26,034 bases of DNA from contig JAKFUW010000234.1 of assembly GCA_021732545.1 (NCBI GenBank), forward strand, positions 1 through 26,034. Direction: 5' to 3'. The DNA comes from Alphaproteobacteria bacterium (GTDB lineage Bacteria > Pseudomonadota > Alphaproteobacteria > Rickettsiales > UBA3002). Positions 24,934-26,034 of this stretch are shown piece after piece (position 1 is the first letter of the stretch; the number at the start of each line of letters is the position of its first letter). A program made the position numbers and the translations under genes. The notes under the pieces were generated by a model that was given only the letters and a program-made list of their open reading frames with translations, made no database searches and was not told the origin of the DNA.

Positions 24934-25066
24934 ATTGTGTCTCTTTGGTTTTAGAATGATTGTAATATGGGGCACATAATAGGAATTTTTGCAAGATAAT
25001 CCAGCGAAAATATCGATCACATCACAATGACGCGATGCTTATTGCGCTGCTGTATCAAAATAGCGA

Positions 25067-26023
25067 TTATTTGCTTTTTGAAGCTTTAGTTTGAGCGAGT
25101 GTGTCAATGAGATCACATGTGGTGGCATCCACCTTAAAATTGCCTGCTGCCCCAGCCAGAGCCGTGATTGAACGACCTTTGAAGTTTGATGCTCCGGTTA
25201 CTTCCACGGGCTTATCATTTTTTTTGCCATTGACCATTAAAAATGGCCTCAGTCTTTCAGGGAAATCCTCTAATGCACCAATGCGGTCACTGCCGACCTT
25301 CATCTCCACATCCAGCGTGGCCAGATTTTCATAGAGGGCTTGCGTGCTGGCAGCGATCTTATCTATTGTTCTATCTTTAAACAGGCCTGTCTTTTCAAGA
25401 GCCGTTTCAGCTGCTTTTTTTACGGCATCGAGCACACTATTTTCCCATTGATACAAATCAATATCGAAGGTTGGGCTGTCACTGGTTTCCTGATAACGGT
25501 ATCGATCCTTCGTTATGATTCCATAACTGCCAAAACGAATCAGTTGATCAAGTGAATCAGTGGCATGCCATGGAGTGCCATCAGATTTTTTGACGTTCGC
25601 GTATTTTTTCTCCAGCGCAACCAGATCAATCGGCAAATCGATTTCAAATCGTGGCTTTAATCCATTGTCTAATTTATTTTCATTTTTTCCTTTGAATGTC
25701 ACAACGGCATCAACATGGTTGCCATTTCGCGTGATTCGGATACGGGTTTTAGGGATTTGATCGGGGCTGATAATAGCTTGACTGATGTTGCCTATCTGGC
25801 TCCACCCATTTTTTCCTGCTAGGTCGTTTAATGTATCAAGTAGTGGCTTTTTAGTTTTGGGGTCAACCGCATGGCGATCGAGCAAAAATCCTTGCTCCAT
25901 CTCTTTGAAGGCATCGTTTACCTTTTCTATTGGAAGATTGGGAATGTTGGATACGCCAAAGGGTGTTTCGATGATTGCTTGCACATGCTTGGTATCAATG
26001 TGTTCAGTTATTTTCAACGGCAT
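25067..26023 (-). CDS. Divergent CYTH-domain (triphosphate tunnel metalloenzyme-like) protein
   Basis: CYTH-like segments in the expected order: EMEQGFLL, ISQAII, RIRI, VTFKG, RFEIDLPI, ITKDRY, FDIDLY, LDVEM, EVTG. In-frame TAA two codons upstream fixes the start. About 40% GC in a sampled line. Confidence 0.6.
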   Translation of the reverse strand: MPLKITEHIDTKHVQAIIETPFGVSNIPNLPIEKVNDAFKEMEQGFLLDRHAVDPKTKKPLLDTLNDLAGKNGWSQIGNISQAIISPDQIPKTRIRITRNGNHVDAVVTFKGKNENKLDNGLKPRFEIDLPIDLVALEKKYANVKKSDGTPWHATDSLDQLIRFGSYGIITKDRYRYQETSDSPTFDIDLYQWENSVLDAVKKAAETALEKTGLFKDRTIDKIAASTQALYENLATLDVEMKVGSDRIGALEDFPERLRPFLMVNGKKNDKPVEVTGASNFKGRSITALAGAAGNFKVDATTCDLIDTLAQTKASKSK

Positions 26024-26034
26024 GTGTTACACAC

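Noticed and set aside
900-25020. ORF-track start codons at 900, 8493, 18053, 19097, 22303, 24147 and 25020
   Set aside because: Later ATGs (909, 8586, 18104, 19151, 22300, 24120, 24933) fit family N-termini, RBS position or gene overlaps better.
254-25760. Many antisense and alternate-frame ORFs in the supplied track
   Set aside because: They overlap well-supported housekeeping genes, show no recognisable motifs, and are expected shadows in GC-rich coding DNA.

Overview
Alphaproteobacterial chromosomal window. A complete-looking division/cell-wall operon runs on the + strand (mraZ-rsmH-ftsL-ftsI-murE-murF-mraY-murD-ftsW-murG-murC-murB-ddl-ftsQ-ftsA), but ftsZ does not follow ftsA. Instead come a ParD/ParE-type toxin-antitoxin pair, carD, and an AbrB-fold antitoxin/PIN (VapBC-type) pair. 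On the - strand lie sdhC-sdhD-sdhA-[M48 peptidase lipoprotein]-sdhB and a divergent CYTH-domain gene. A 5'-truncated repeat protein opens the window. The unusual content is mostly non-coding. Seven gene junctions carry short tandem 7-mer arrays, six of them as inverted pairs that start at or overlap the upstream TAG stop. Three of those pairs end 2-5 nt before the next ATG, and the unit sequence differs between loci while left/right complementarity is kept. An eighth, 8-mer version lies inside the murC/murB overlap. Several arrays enclose REP-like hairpins (CGTC-tagged/dRS3-like or BoxC-like). Such elements have also entered coding sequence: an in-frame insertion in murB, and most of the predicted lipoprotein signal peptide of the M48 gene. 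Also seen: a duplicated MraZ-type operator, a structured leader of about 200 nt before mraZ, and CtrA plus DnaA consensus boxes upstream of carD. All coordinates and alignments were read by hand; no database searches were run.
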